Part shown: piece by piece, positions 20,104 to 29,621 of the stretch
How positions within the stretch are numbered: the stretch's first letter is position 1
Layout of the letters: each line of letters starts with the position of its first letter
Source of the DNA: Candidatus Zixiibacteriota bacterium
GTDB lineage: Bacteria > Zixibacteria > MSB-5A5 > GN15 > JAAZOE01
Direction: 5' to 3'
Length of the DNA: 54,047 nucleotides
NCBI GenBank assembly: GCA_043819555.1
Contig: JBDREQ010000078.1
Location: 1 to 54,047 of the forward strand
Translations under genes and position numbers: made by a program
Notes under the pieces: model-generated
The model's database searches: none
What the model was told of the DNA's origin: nothing
The model's input: the letters and a program-made list of their open reading frames with translations, nothing else

Positions 20104-21525
20104 TTAGGTTTTGCCCAAATTATTCTCTATCTTATTGTTATCGGTCATTCTTTCGATATTCTCATTGATTTTAACCAGCGAAGCCACCGAAGCAATCAGG
20201 AAATAAAGTATATAATTAAATGCCTGAGTCAAAAAGAAGGCCGCGACCCCAAAGCCAATTAAGCTGATCATAATTATGCTTTTGATTTTCCCAATACTCT
20301 CTTTGTGCTTATTATTTTCTCCAGGTTTCAATTTCCTCAATTGGAACAGACTATATAAGTACAGATACATAAAAATGGCTAATCCAATCAACCCGGTTTC
20401 ACCGCCGACCTGGATAAGCGTATTATGCGGCGCCATCCACTTGGCGGATCCATATCCAGCCGGTCGGAATGCATTTCCAAAGGCCGTTTCAAAACAACCG
20501 ACTCCAACCCCGGTGATCGGCCGAGCAATCATCATATTTATGCCTGCCTGCCACGCGTACAATCTTCCCATTGCTGAAGAATCCTGTTCATATGTCCCAA
20601 TCGTCGAATATCTATCTGAAAATTCCGAAGGCAGGAAGGCGAGGGCGATAATAATTACCCCCAGAAACATGATTATGCCCAGCGTCTTGCTTCTTAATTT
20701 CATTATCATCATAAATAGAACTACAGCCAATCCCAAAAATCCGCCGCGCGATTTGGTAACGATAGTCCCGACAATTAACAGCAGGATTAAACCTATCTGA
20801 ATCACTCGATAATGCTGTTTCCACCCGCGACCAATCATTAAATATCCAGTCAACGGGATGGCAGTGACGAGAACCAGGGCTATATCATTGGCATCGCCAA
20901 ACAATCCTTCACCAATTACCGACGCGGCGCGGGCGTTCCCCGTTAAAAATGATTGAATTGTTGAAAGGCACAAAACTATGATACTTGCCATAGCAATTAA
21001 TGATATTATTTTTAATTTCTTCAAATCCCTAACAATATTCACAAAAAGAAAATAAAACAGGATAATTTTTAGAAAATCCAGAGATATCTCCAATGAATGC
21101 TGTGGCCAGAAAGACAGGGGAATTGAGATAAATAGGGTTGCGGCAAAAGCAAACAGTAACATGGCCTGACGGCCGCCTAATTCGAAATCACGAGTTCTAA
21201 TTCGGGCAAAAATCAGAGCGATCAAGGTTGCTCCCCCAATAACTTTCGCCAGAGGGATAGCGGCCAGGGCTGGCATAAAATCGGCCGGGCGTATAAAACT
21301 TAAAATAACAAATATGACTAATCCCAAAAAGGGATACATGAAAATCATGGCTCCACCGATTATGGCTATCAAGACGGCTAGTACAATAATTTGATTTGCC
21401 AGGAGAAGTCCGACCCCGCCTGTAACTGAGAAAACAACGATTAAAAAATAAAGCCAGGCTTGCCTGGGAGCCGCCTGCATCTGCCGGTCGGGTAATTGAC
21501 TAAATGAATCTTTGGGAACCGCCAT
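20104..21525 (-). CDS. O-antigen ligase / Wzy-type polymerase family protein
   Basis: Multi-TM protein with GDANDIA, TKSRGGFLG, SAMGRLYAW, GVGVG and APHN motifs. Confidence 0.85.
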   Translation of the reverse strand: MAVPKDSFSQLPDRQMQAAPRQAWLYFLIVVFSVTGGVGLLLANQIIVLAVLIAIIGGAMIFMYPFLGLVIFVILSFIRPADFMPALAAIPLAKVIGGATLIALIFARIRTRDFELGGRQAMLLFAFAATLFISIPLSFWPQHSLEISLDFLKIILFYFLFVNIVRDLKKLKIISLIAMASIIVLCLSTIQSFLTGNARAASVIGEGLFGDANDIALVLVTAIPLTGYLMIGRGWKQHYRVIQIGLILLLIVGTIVTKSRGGFLGLAVVLFMMIMKLRSKTLGIIMFLGVIIIALAFLPSEFSDRYSTIGTYEQDSSAMGRLYAWQAGINMMIARPITGVGVGCFETAFGNAFRPAGYGSAKWMAPHNTLIQVGGETGLIGLAIFMYLYLYSLFQLRKLKPGENNKHKESIGKIKSIIMISLIGFGVAAFFLTQAFNYILYFLIASVASLVKINENIERMTDNNKIENNLGKT

Positions 21526-21607
21526 ATTTCCCAGCGAAATCCTTTCGAGTTTAATAACATCCCTGTTTCAAATGAAACTGCATTATACTAATAAAAAAGC
21601 GCCGAGC

Positions 21608-22792
21608 CTACAATTGTTTCCCTGATGCTTTTTGAAATTCCATGACAGCATCGGAAAAAAACTTGGCTGCCCAGTTTAAATATTCAAACTTCCCATATTG
21701 TCCATCGATGGGATAAGATCCTTTTATCCCTCCGCGCGTATTCAAATCTTCCGTAGTAACATTTTGAGTTGAACAAACGTAATTAAGCGCCCTTTTGGCG
21801 CCGTCAAGAAACGCTTTGCCTTTTCCCAATGATGAAAGCTTACTCCAGATAATTGACATCTGACATGTTCCGGTCAAACAACTGTAATCGGCAGCGGCGT
21901 TCCATTTATTATCAAAGCGCCCGGCCAGGTACCCATCATCATGAATTAGTTTCAATACTTCCCGGGCGGATTCAGCGGCGGCGGCGATATAATCATTCCG
22001 CGAGGCAGCCAGCCCGCATTCAAGAATGCCTCGAATTGTATATGCAATTGTATGCGTCAGCGGATTGTTATTATCAGTCAGACAATTATTTTCAAACCAT
22101 CCAATCTTATTTCTTTGAGTCAAAGCCCAGTCGATATTTTTCAGCGCTGCCTTAATGTAATTTTCATTTCCTGTGATCTCTCCACCCCGCATCATTGCCC
22201 AGGCGGTACGGACATTATAAGTGTTCAAACCATAAGTTGCCACTACCGAACCATGTTTTGTCCAGGTTCCGTTTTCATCCTGAGCCTCATATAGCCAATG
22301 GCAGGCGCGATCGACCGCATCCTTATACCTGACTTCTCCGCTTTCCTTATATGCGCTAACCCAGCCAAAAATGACCTGTCCGGTGTTGAAAATTGTCGGC
22401 TTTTTTGGCATTGTCGCGACCGTTCCCCCTGGAATCCCGCCTTCGGGGAATTGCTGTTCTAAAAGCCAATCAGCCGCTTTTAATGCTCGCCTCAGGATTT
22501 CCTCGTTTTTAGTTTGGTGATAAAAATCTATCAATGTTGGGATAATATATCCGGTCGTTTCGGGGTAAGACGGCGCCCACCCAGTGAGCAAATTGTAGGC
22601 GCGGGCGAAACCATCATCCGGGGTTGCATCCTGCGCTCTTGTGAGCCAACTTATCGCTTCAGCCAGGTGAGTATTGAGCTCCGTCGGCTTAGATTTAGAC
22701 AAGCCCAATCGATCTTTTAACATTAAACGATAGAGGCCGAATCGCCCTAAACCACTGTCTTGTCGGATATTTTCGTTTCCTGATTTATGCAT
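21608..22792 (-). CDS. (alpha/alpha)-toroid protein of unknown function in polysaccharide loci
   Basis: SYPETTGYIIPT, repeated WL...Q..G helical motifs, FNTGQV, THTIAY and NWAAKFF. Confidence 0.65.
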   Translation of the reverse strand: MHKSGNENIRQDSGLGRFGLYRLMLKDRLGLSKSKPTELNTHLAEAISWLTRAQDATPDDGFARAYNLLTGWAPSYPETTGYIIPTLIDFYHQTKNEEILRRALKAADWLLEQQFPEGGIPGGTVATMPKKPTIFNTGQVIFGWVSAYKESGEVRYKDAVDRACHWLYEAQDENGTWTKHGSVVATYGLNTYNVRTAWAMMRGGEITGNENYIKAALKNIDWALTQRNKIGWFENNCLTDNNNPLTHTIAYTIRGILECGLAASRNDYIAAAAESAREVLKLIHDDGYLAGRFDNKWNAAADYSCLTGTCQMSIIWSKLSSLGKGKAFLDGAKRALNYVCSTQNVTTEDLNTRGGIKGSYPIDGQYGKFEYLNWAAKFFSDAVMEFQKASGKQL

Positions 22793-23739
22793 CTAAGCAG
22801 TTCCTCAAATAATTCCTTCCGCCATTTCCACTCGGTAAAACTATGATTGCTGTCTTTTATTATTTTCTTGAACCAGCTTTTTCTATACTTCTCAAGTATC
22901 TGTACTCCCCGATCATTTTCGAAATATGTCTCAAATTCATTCTTCAATGGATCATTATCAGCGAATACGAAATATGCCTTGCGCCCGCCTTTGAAATATT
23001 TTTCAAATTGTATCAGCAAATCATCATTAAAATTGAACTTTTTTTCTTCCTTGGATGATTCGGAAGCGCTCGAGTTTTTACGTTTTGAAAATTTCGATTT
23101 TAAAACCTGGCCGATTGCGCTGAAATCTGATTTAAAACTTAAAAGCCTCAGCCAGGCCCGGGGCGAAAATATTTTTTTCAAATATGATTCATACATAAAT
23201 TTCAGGTGCCACTCACTCATCTCCCCGGCACGTTCCTGGCGAGCCAAATTGGAATCAAGCGCAACTGGCAGATTCAATAATATGACAGAAACAACTTCAT
23301 CCGATTTTACCGCGGTATAGAGCGATGTATTTGAACCTCCGCACAGCCCGGACAGAATAAACGATTTGCACCCGGCCCTCTCCTTCAATACTTCTATCGC
23401 ATTTAGCGCGTCTTCAGTAAAAAGGCCGGTTTGGATAAATCCGTTAATATCTGCATGCAGCTCGTTGACTTTACCAGTCGGTGATAGATGTCCCTGAGAA
23501 TCGCCGCACCCATGATAATCAAATCGGATAGCCGGATATCCATGCCCGGCTAAAAAATCAGCCATTATGACATTTAGACGGCCATAGCCGATGCGGTTTT
23601 TTAGTCCGGCCGAACACAAGACAATACCAGTTTTTTGGCGATCGTTTTCATCCGGCAAATGAATCATACCATTTATCTGATTATCACCTGATGTAAACCG
23701 GATTACTTCCCGCTTGATATTTTGAGTTTTATCCGGCAT
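22747..23739 (-). CDS. alpha/beta hydrolase, exosortase-associated 'hydrolase 1' type
   Basis: RFDYHGCGDSQG, elbow GLCGG and C-terminal SNHSF. Confidence 0.8.
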   Translation of the reverse strand: MPDKTQNIKREVIRFTSGDNQINGMIHLPDENDRQKTGIVLCSAGLKNRIGYGRLNVIMADFLAGHGYPAIRFDYHGCGDSQGHLSPTGKVNELHADINGFIQTGLFTEDALNAIEVLKERAGCKSFILSGLCGGSNTSLYTAVKSDEVVSVILLNLPVALDSNLARQERAGEMSEWHLKFMYESYLKKIFSPRAWLRLLSFKSDFSAIGQVLKSKFSKRKNSSASESSKEEKKFNFNDDLLIQFEKYFKGGRKAYFVFADNDPLKNEFETYFENDRGVQILEKYRKSWFKKIIKDSNHSFTEWKWRKELFEELLRCINQETKISDKTVV

Positions 23740-24580
23740 TAGAGTTTAAAAACTCCATCGATTTCAAAATTGGTTCTTCCGGCCAGGCCGTATATCGGGG
23801 AATCAATTTCCAGAATTGATCGCATTTTGTTATTGCCGACGTTAATCCGTTGGTATTTAAATCAAGACTATCAATGAACTCATTCCATTTCTTTTCAACC
23901 CTTTGAGGTTTGGAGTCGAGTTCAAGCAGACAAAGCGCTCCTTGAAAATCCCTCAAATCCTTGGCTATATCCTCCTCGGCTATGTATGAATACCAGTTCA
24001 GAGTCAAATCGTACCCATCAATATTTACAGATTCCCCGGCCTGCATTTTTTCTATTAGTGCTTTTCGATTGGTCACGACTTTTCGATGTACCAAAAGTTG
24101 AGTCGTCAAATTGGTTCGTAACAGAGTATCGGCATGCTGAGCACCGTTAATAATTGGCGCCCACAATATCATAAATTCAGGTTTTAGTTCAATGGCCGCA
24201 TGAGCGGCCAGATTACAACCGTAACGCATTCCAAATAATCCAATACGCTCCACACCTTTTTTATCTTTTAACTCTTGGTAACAGTTTTCAATATCTTTAA
24301 GAGCATCTTCGAGAGTAAAATCGGAAAACATCCCGACTGACTCGCCCTGACCGCGAAAATCAAAACAAAGAACATTATATCCTTCTTGCGCCAAAAAAAT
24401 GGCCCAGTTGGCCAGAACCCGCCGGGAATCCTGTTTTTCCTCGAAAATCGGATCACAAAACAAAATCCCGATTCCGTTTCGATTCGATTCATGCGGCTGA
24501 TAATGAGAAATAAATAAATTGTTGCCGTCAACTGATTTGAAATATCGATCAGGCAAAATTGAATTATCCTGCTTGAACAA
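23729..24580 (-). CDS. alpha/beta hydrolase-fold protein, exosortase-associated 'hydrolase 2' type
   Basis: P.FEE...SRR, FDFRGQGES.G, elbow GMRYG, LWAP..NG and IDGY motifs. Overlaps hydrolase 1. Confidence 0.8.
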   Translation of the reverse strand: MFKQDNSILPDRYFKSVDGNNLFISHYQPHESNRNGIGILFCDPIFEEKQDSRRVLANWAIFLAQEGYNVLCFDFRGQGESVGMFSDFTLEDALKDIENCYQELKDKKGVERIGLFGMRYGCNLAAHAAIELKPEFMILWAPIINGAQHADTLLRTNLTTQLLVHRKVVTNRKALIEKMQAGESVNIDGYDLTLNWYSYIAEEDIAKDLRDFQGALCLLELDSKPQRVEKKWNEFIDSLDLNTNGLTSAITKCDQFWKLIPRYTAWPEEPILKSMEFLNSNAG

Positions 24581-24609
24581 AAATCACCTCAAATTTGACT
24601 TTGAAATTT

Positions 24610-25929
24610 TCAACTTTCGATGATCCTGATATTTTTATTTTCACGATTCCCTCCACATTCACGGGCCGTGTATTCCAAAAACTTATAAAACGGCCCGTCT
24701 TGATTATCAGGATCATTTAATTGGATATATCGGCTGTTTGGGGCATGTTCTTTGGTCACTGGCAAAAGAACTTTTTGGGCGGCAATATAATCGGCGGCAA
24801 CGGGATCAGTCGATGCTATTAGCGCCTTTGGTCGGGCTGATAGTGCTTTGACAATTCTACTGCCATATCCTACCCAATCGGCGGTAATAATATTCAAATC
24901 CGGTTTCCTGACATTTTGAATCCAGTGCCCCAGGGCACCTCCCGTATAATGAAATTCGACCAGATCGGTCTCTTTTAAAAACCTGTTCATCAAATCCCTG
25001 GCCCGCCAATGGAAATTGGCAGTACGCCGAAATCTTTCCCAAAACGCTGAAGTCAGCCCGACATAATGAGTATTAAAAGTATCGTTCGGCTGAGGCGCCG
25101 GATACCCGCACGACATATCGACCACGCCCATGAGGTTTTTCACCGAAGCGGTTACGCCGCAATAAGCTCCATGATGATTGATTGAAGACATATTTATAAA
25201 TTTCACCGGTTGCTTGGTATATCTGCTGTTTTCAAAGGCTCCATTTTTCAAATCAATCGTAATGCCACTATACGAAGATGTCATAATCGGATATGTCATG
25301 ATGCATTTATTGCCGTTTTCAGCCAGATAATAATTGTTTTTGTCCCAAGCATACCCATCTCCCTCTTCCGGCCCGGAAACGACACCGGCGCCGAATGCGT
25401 CGCCCTGCATCGGGGACGGATTACTACCGCCGTCATGCCAATGATATTTAGTGACATTTCTATATCCGGCATCTTGAAAATACTCGACAAGCTGATTCAG
25501 ATTAAAACGGCCATTCGGCACTCGAGTAGTCCAACCGCGGGAATTGTCTTCCTGGAATTGGTGATTGTCGGCAATTATTATCTCGCCTTTGAAATTGGGA
25601 ATATCCAGCATGATCTGTATTAAGGCGGCCATGCTGTCGGTATTGGTCATCCCCTGAAGCCACCATTGAGAATTCGGCTTGATGATGATAATATCATCAC
25701 GTCCGATAATGTTTTCAATACCACCCATTAAATCGATCAGATTGCCGACGTTCTCTTCCGGGGTTCCGCTTTTTACCAGATAAACATCAGATGGCCCCGG
25801 TGCTAATACTCCTTCACTTAATGGCCCCAAACTACCTGACGCCAAGGCTGTTCCTCTTTTTTTAAATACAAATAATCCGGCCATAGCAATAACTAAATCA
25901 TTGATGAATTGTCTGCGGTTCATCCCCAT
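24610..25929 (-). CDS. Tat-exported DUF362-like protein
   Basis: NRRQFI twin-arginine signal, IIIKPN, GVTASVKNLMG and ASTDPVAAD. Confidence 0.75.
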   Translation of the reverse strand: MGMNRRQFINDLVIAMAGLFVFKKRGTALASGSLGPLSEGVLAPGPSDVYLVKSGTPEENVGNLIDLMGGIENIIGRDDIIIIKPNSQWWLQGMTNTDSMAALIQIMLDIPNFKGEIIIADNHQFQEDNSRGWTTRVPNGRFNLNQLVEYFQDAGYRNVTKYHWHDGGSNPSPMQGDAFGAGVVSGPEEGDGYAWDKNNYYLAENGNKCIMTYPIMTSSYSGITIDLKNGAFENSRYTKQPVKFINMSSINHHGAYCGVTASVKNLMGVVDMSCGYPAPQPNDTFNTHYVGLTSAFWERFRRTANFHWRARDLMNRFLKETDLVEFHYTGGALGHWIQNVRKPDLNIITADWVGYGSRIVKALSARPKALIASTDPVAADYIAAQKVLLPVTKEHAPNSRYIQLNDPDNQDGPFYKFLEYTARECGGNRENKNIRIIES

Positions 25930-26058
25930 GAAAAAATTCTCACAGTTTATTAATAATGTCCCGGTTACTCGATAAACATTAATAAATACGGCTGTGAAAT
26001 CAATTACAATTAATCATAATTTGATCAATTATTGGCTGATGAACTTCCCTGAGAAAAT

Positions 26059-27408
26059 TCATTTGCCGTCCTTATATTGGTTAATTAAATCAAGAACTTC
26101 CTGCTCGGTCGCCTGACCATTGCGAAATTGCAATATTTTCCGGTCGATATCAGAACGAGTTACGCTGGGACTATTAAAATCATAACCCTGGACAACCATC
26201 TGGGCTTCATCTATTGTACCCCAGTCAACTTCAGCCAGATAATTGTTCATAAACTTTCTCAGTGGTCCAGCCAGGTTATCTGGATTATTATAAGTCGGAA
26301 ATGACCCTCCCAGAGGATAGACAATATGCTTTGAGGCCCAATAATCCAGGGCTACCGGATCGGTTGATGCCAGGACCGTTTTGGTTTGAACCGGATCAGG
26401 AGCCTGGCGTCCATTATGGCCGCACCATTCAGCAGTGGTGACATGCAAATCGGCCCGTTTAATATTTTTGACATGCATTCCAATGGCGCCGCCTCCCGCT
26501 GGGAATCCCAGACGATGAATATCAGAGTATTGTCCATAAAAGGAACCCGGTAATTCCACTAATCCGTAATAATTTTTTACCGCTCCCGTGACACCGGCAT
26601 AGGTGCTATGAAAGTTCAGGGCTGACATCATAATATAAAAACAATTAGTCGATATATACTGCCCGCCCTGCCAGCAACCGTTTTTGATATCGACGGTAAT
26701 CCCTGAATGAGCCGAAGTAAATATGGGATAACTCATAATCGTCGAGGCATATCCAAGATTCTGGCCGAATTCCCATCCGCTATCAGGTACGAAATATTCA
26801 AGATCGGTTCTTCTAACATATCCGTCGCCATCCGCCGGTCCACTGACTTCGCTGCCGCCTCGACCAATATCCAGTAAATGATACTTACTGATATTAATTT
26901 CTCCGCCATGATCATGAATGGCAGGATATAGGCCCCGGTTATTCCTGTAATAATTCAAAAGCGTATTGACGTTCATGGCGCCGTTATGAGTCATGTCGCT
27001 CGTATTCCACAAATTATCAGTAGTGGAATCAGGATTTGATTTATGAATATTTTCGGCCAAAATGATCTCACCGGTAAAACCGGAAATACCTAATATGGCA
27101 TCAATAAGCCCCTTCAGACAATCGGTATTGGTCCCCCCCTGCAATAACTGTTGGCAATTAATCTTAATAACGACGACATCATCACCGCCAATAAAATTGC
27201 CAATTCCGCCCATGATATCAAAAAGCTTTTCGACATTTTGCGCCGGGGTTCCATTTTTGGCATAAAAAACATTCGAGGTTTTTTTGCTTTCTGACGGATT
27301 CCATTGAATCAGATTCTCAAAAGGTGCATTGGCAACCGCCATGACACCGCCGGCAAAATACCCTGCCTTCCGCAGGAATTCCCGCCTTGTGAGTTTATCT
27401 TCAGCCAT
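26059..27408 (-). CDS. Tat-exported DUF362-like protein (paralog of the neighbour)
   Basis: TRREFL twin-arginine signal, VVIKIN, GVTGAVKNYYG and ASTDPVALD. Confidence 0.75.
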   Translation of the reverse strand: MAEDKLTRREFLRKAGYFAGGVMAVANAPFENLIQWNPSESKKTSNVFYAKNGTPAQNVEKLFDIMGGIGNFIGGDDVVVIKINCQQLLQGGTNTDCLKGLIDAILGISGFTGEIILAENIHKSNPDSTTDNLWNTSDMTHNGAMNVNTLLNYYRNNRGLYPAIHDHGGEINISKYHLLDIGRGGSEVSGPADGDGYVRRTDLEYFVPDSGWEFGQNLGYASTIMSYPIFTSAHSGITVDIKNGCWQGGQYISTNCFYIMMSALNFHSTYAGVTGAVKNYYGLVELPGSFYGQYSDIHRLGFPAGGGAIGMHVKNIKRADLHVTTAEWCGHNGRQAPDPVQTKTVLASTDPVALDYWASKHIVYPLGGSFPTYNNPDNLAGPLRKFMNNYLAEVDWGTIDEAQMVVQGYDFNSPSVTRSDIDRKILQFRNGQATEQEVLDLINQYKDGK

Positions 27409-27448
27409 AATCAATTCGACCTGCTGGAATTAAATGTATATGAATATA

Positions 27449-28180
27449 TTAACCACCACAACATGGCTTTTGACCGTCCTTAAAAACGTAATTAACCATA
27501 AAAACAGCGTCGCCGATATTGCACCTGCCGTCACAATTCAAATCTCCGTCGGCGATCGGGTCGGGCAATGGGCCAAACTTGAAAACCATATTTATTAAAA
27601 ACACAATATCGCCGGCATCAGCGCTGTCGTCGCGGTTGACATCGCCGCATAAATACTGAACATTAATATCGGCAGCGCTTCCAACCGCAAAAAAACTCGA
27701 TGTCGAGGAATACATTACCGCGGAATGAATTGGAAATTGATATTCCCCGGATTGAATGCTTATTACTTTCAGGACTATTCGAACAGTATCCCCAGTGTCG
27801 AGAACATTATTATATACCAATTGGCTGTCGGGATCATCCAAAACGAAAAAATGGGTCGTATATCCAACGGCAATCTCACCGATCGCGCTTTCTATGTATC
27901 GGTGCGTGATATTAAGTGAATTTATGGTTACATCCGTCGAGATAATTTCAAACTCGGGTGGCAAAGTTTCCGAAATATAAAGTCCCATTAATGAAAAAGA
28001 CTCATTATTTGTAATCTCTCGCGTAATCGTCAACGTATCGCCAAGTCGAAACTGGCTGTCGTCCAATGAGTAAGTGCAGTTGATATTAGACCCGGACGGG
28101 TAAATACTATCCTGACCAAAACTAAAACGAACCGGAATTAATGACAAAGTCAAAACAATTATCAAAATTAATTTTCTCAT
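27449..28180 (-). CDS. Secreted protein with Ig-like domain and C-terminal dockerin type I-like domain
   Basis: Signal peptide MRKLILII..., C-terminal CGDVNRDDSADAGDIVFLINMVFK...GDLNCDGRCNIGDAVFMVNYVFK. Confidence 0.85.
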   Translation of the reverse strand: MRKLILIIVLTLSLIPVRFSFGQDSIYPSGSNINCTYSLDDSQFRLGDTLTITREITNNESFSLMGLYISETLPPEFEIISTDVTINSLNITHRYIESAIGEIAVGYTTHFFVLDDPDSQLVYNNVLDTGDTVRIVLKVISIQSGEYQFPIHSAVMYSSTSSFFAVGSAADINVQYLCGDVNRDDSADAGDIVFLINMVFKFGPLPDPIADGDLNCDGRCNIGDAVFMVNYVFKDGQKPCCGG

Positions 28181-28312
28181 ACTATCCCAAATCAAAAACT
28201 GCGGTTTTCGTCCCCTGTTTTGCAGACTATTATAAGATGTGACTCAAACACATATACGTCAAGGATAAAGATTTTTTTTGATTAGAATAAGGCAGATTGA
28301 AGATAGATATGG

Positions 28313-28341
28313 GGGACCAATATCGCGCTGATATTGATCCC
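28313..28341 (-). terminator. Stem-loop directly after the FN3/CTD gene
   Basis: GGGATCAATATC-AGCGC-GATATTGGTCCC (12 bp with one G-U). No clear U-tract. Confidence 0.4.
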
Positions 28342-28346
28342 TGTTA

Positions 28347-29408
28347 TTATTTTAAAAGAATCATTCTCTTTGAATCGGCAAACTCCTCAGTGGCTATCGT
28401 GTAAAAATATACTCCCGATGAGACTTGATTGCCGTTTCTGTCACGACCGTCCCACTCTGCCGTATAAACACCCTCATTTTGAAACTCATCGACCAAAACC
28501 GCCGTCTGCTGCCCCAGAATATTAAATACAGTGATGGTTACTTGTGTTTCTACCGGAAGAGTATATTCAAATCGGGTATAGGGATTGAATGGATTAGGAT
28601 AATTTTGAGATAATCCAAAACTGGTCGGCAATCCGTCATCGTCATTATTCTGGACAAATTCAAATCCCGCTTCACCGTGATCGATATTTGATATATCCGA
28701 TTCATTATTGGATTCATCGATTGAAACCACAGCCACCCAATACTCCTGCGCTTCGATTAATCCGGTTAAGGTCACTGTCTGCGGTTCTCCCGATTCGACA
28801 GGAGCTGGCGGAGTATTCCATAAATCAGCCAATTGCCAGTTTTCAGCAGTCAAAGTATCGGTAGAATAGGCAATAATATATCGATTAGTCAGGCCTATAT
28901 TCCAGTCGTCTCCCGGAGCCGTCCAGCTCAGGATTAATTCGCCAAAGCTGCCGGTTTCAACCTGCAAATCGGCGATAGGATCGGGAGCCAGAGTATCGAC
29001 AGTAGCTGTAGTTATAGTCAGGACATTGGACAATCCCGACCAGTTAGGAACTTCATCAGCCGCCTTTATAGCGATATAATACTGAATGCCTGAGGCTAGT
29101 CCGGTAATGGCAAATGATTCAGTCGTGTTGGCAACCTTTGGATTTGGCTCATTTTGTACCTGAGTTGCCGTAGCCCAATTGGCATCTGTAATCGGCAATG
29201 TGGAATACCTGATATCGTATCGGTTGGCATAGCCAAACCGCCCATCATCCCCCGGGGCCGTCCATGATACAAGAGCGGCGTTATCCGTTACGGTAGCGGA
29301 TAATAGTTGAGAATTGAGTAGAAGTATCGCTGCTGTCAGAAACAAAAGGGATAGGAAAACTGAATTCGTTACGTCGCAATAATTGAGTTTACAAATCCTG
29401 GCACTCAT
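28347..29408 (-). CDS. Secreted protein with 2 FN3-like repeats and T9SS type-A/FlgD-Ig C-terminal domain
   Basis: Two WTAPGDD...Y.I.YST repeats and C-terminal LSQNYPNPFNP...WDGRD..G..VSSGVYFY...KRMILLK. Confidence 0.9.
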   Translation of the reverse strand: MSARICKLNYCDVTNSVFLSLLFLTAAILLLNSQLLSATVTDNAALVSWTAPGDDGRFGYANRYDIRYSTLPITDANWATATQVQNEPNPKVANTTESFAITGLASGIQYYIAIKAADEVPNWSGLSNVLTITTATVDTLAPDPIADLQVETGSFGELILSWTAPGDDWNIGLTNRYIIAYSTDTLTAENWQLADLWNTPPAPVESGEPQTVTLTGLIEAQEYWVAVVSIDESNNESDISNIDHGEAGFEFVQNNDDDGLPTSFGLSQNYPNPFNPYTRFEYTLPVETQVTITVFNILGQQTAVLVDEFQNEGVYTAEWDGRDRNGNQVSSGVYFYTIATEEFADSKRMILLK

Positions 29409-29455
29409 TTTTGACTCCCATTTAGGTCTTCAGTCGCATGTCCGAAAGGATTACA

Positions 29456-29471
29456 TACAAAATCCGGGCCG
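29456..29471 (-). promoter_or_regulatory. sigma-54-like -24/-12 promoter
   Basis: CGGCCCGGATTTTGTA (GG-N10-GT), ~48 nt upstream of the ATG. Confidence 0.5.
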
Positions 29472-29621
29472 AATAAATGGTAATCTGAAGCCGCTTGAGT
29501 TACATGAGGTTACGGTCGGTAAAATGAAAATATGAGGGATTTATCCCATATGCAAAATGCGCATTAATTGAAACTTGAATGAATTTTATACAGGAATGAT
29601 ATTTATATGGAAGAGCAAAAA

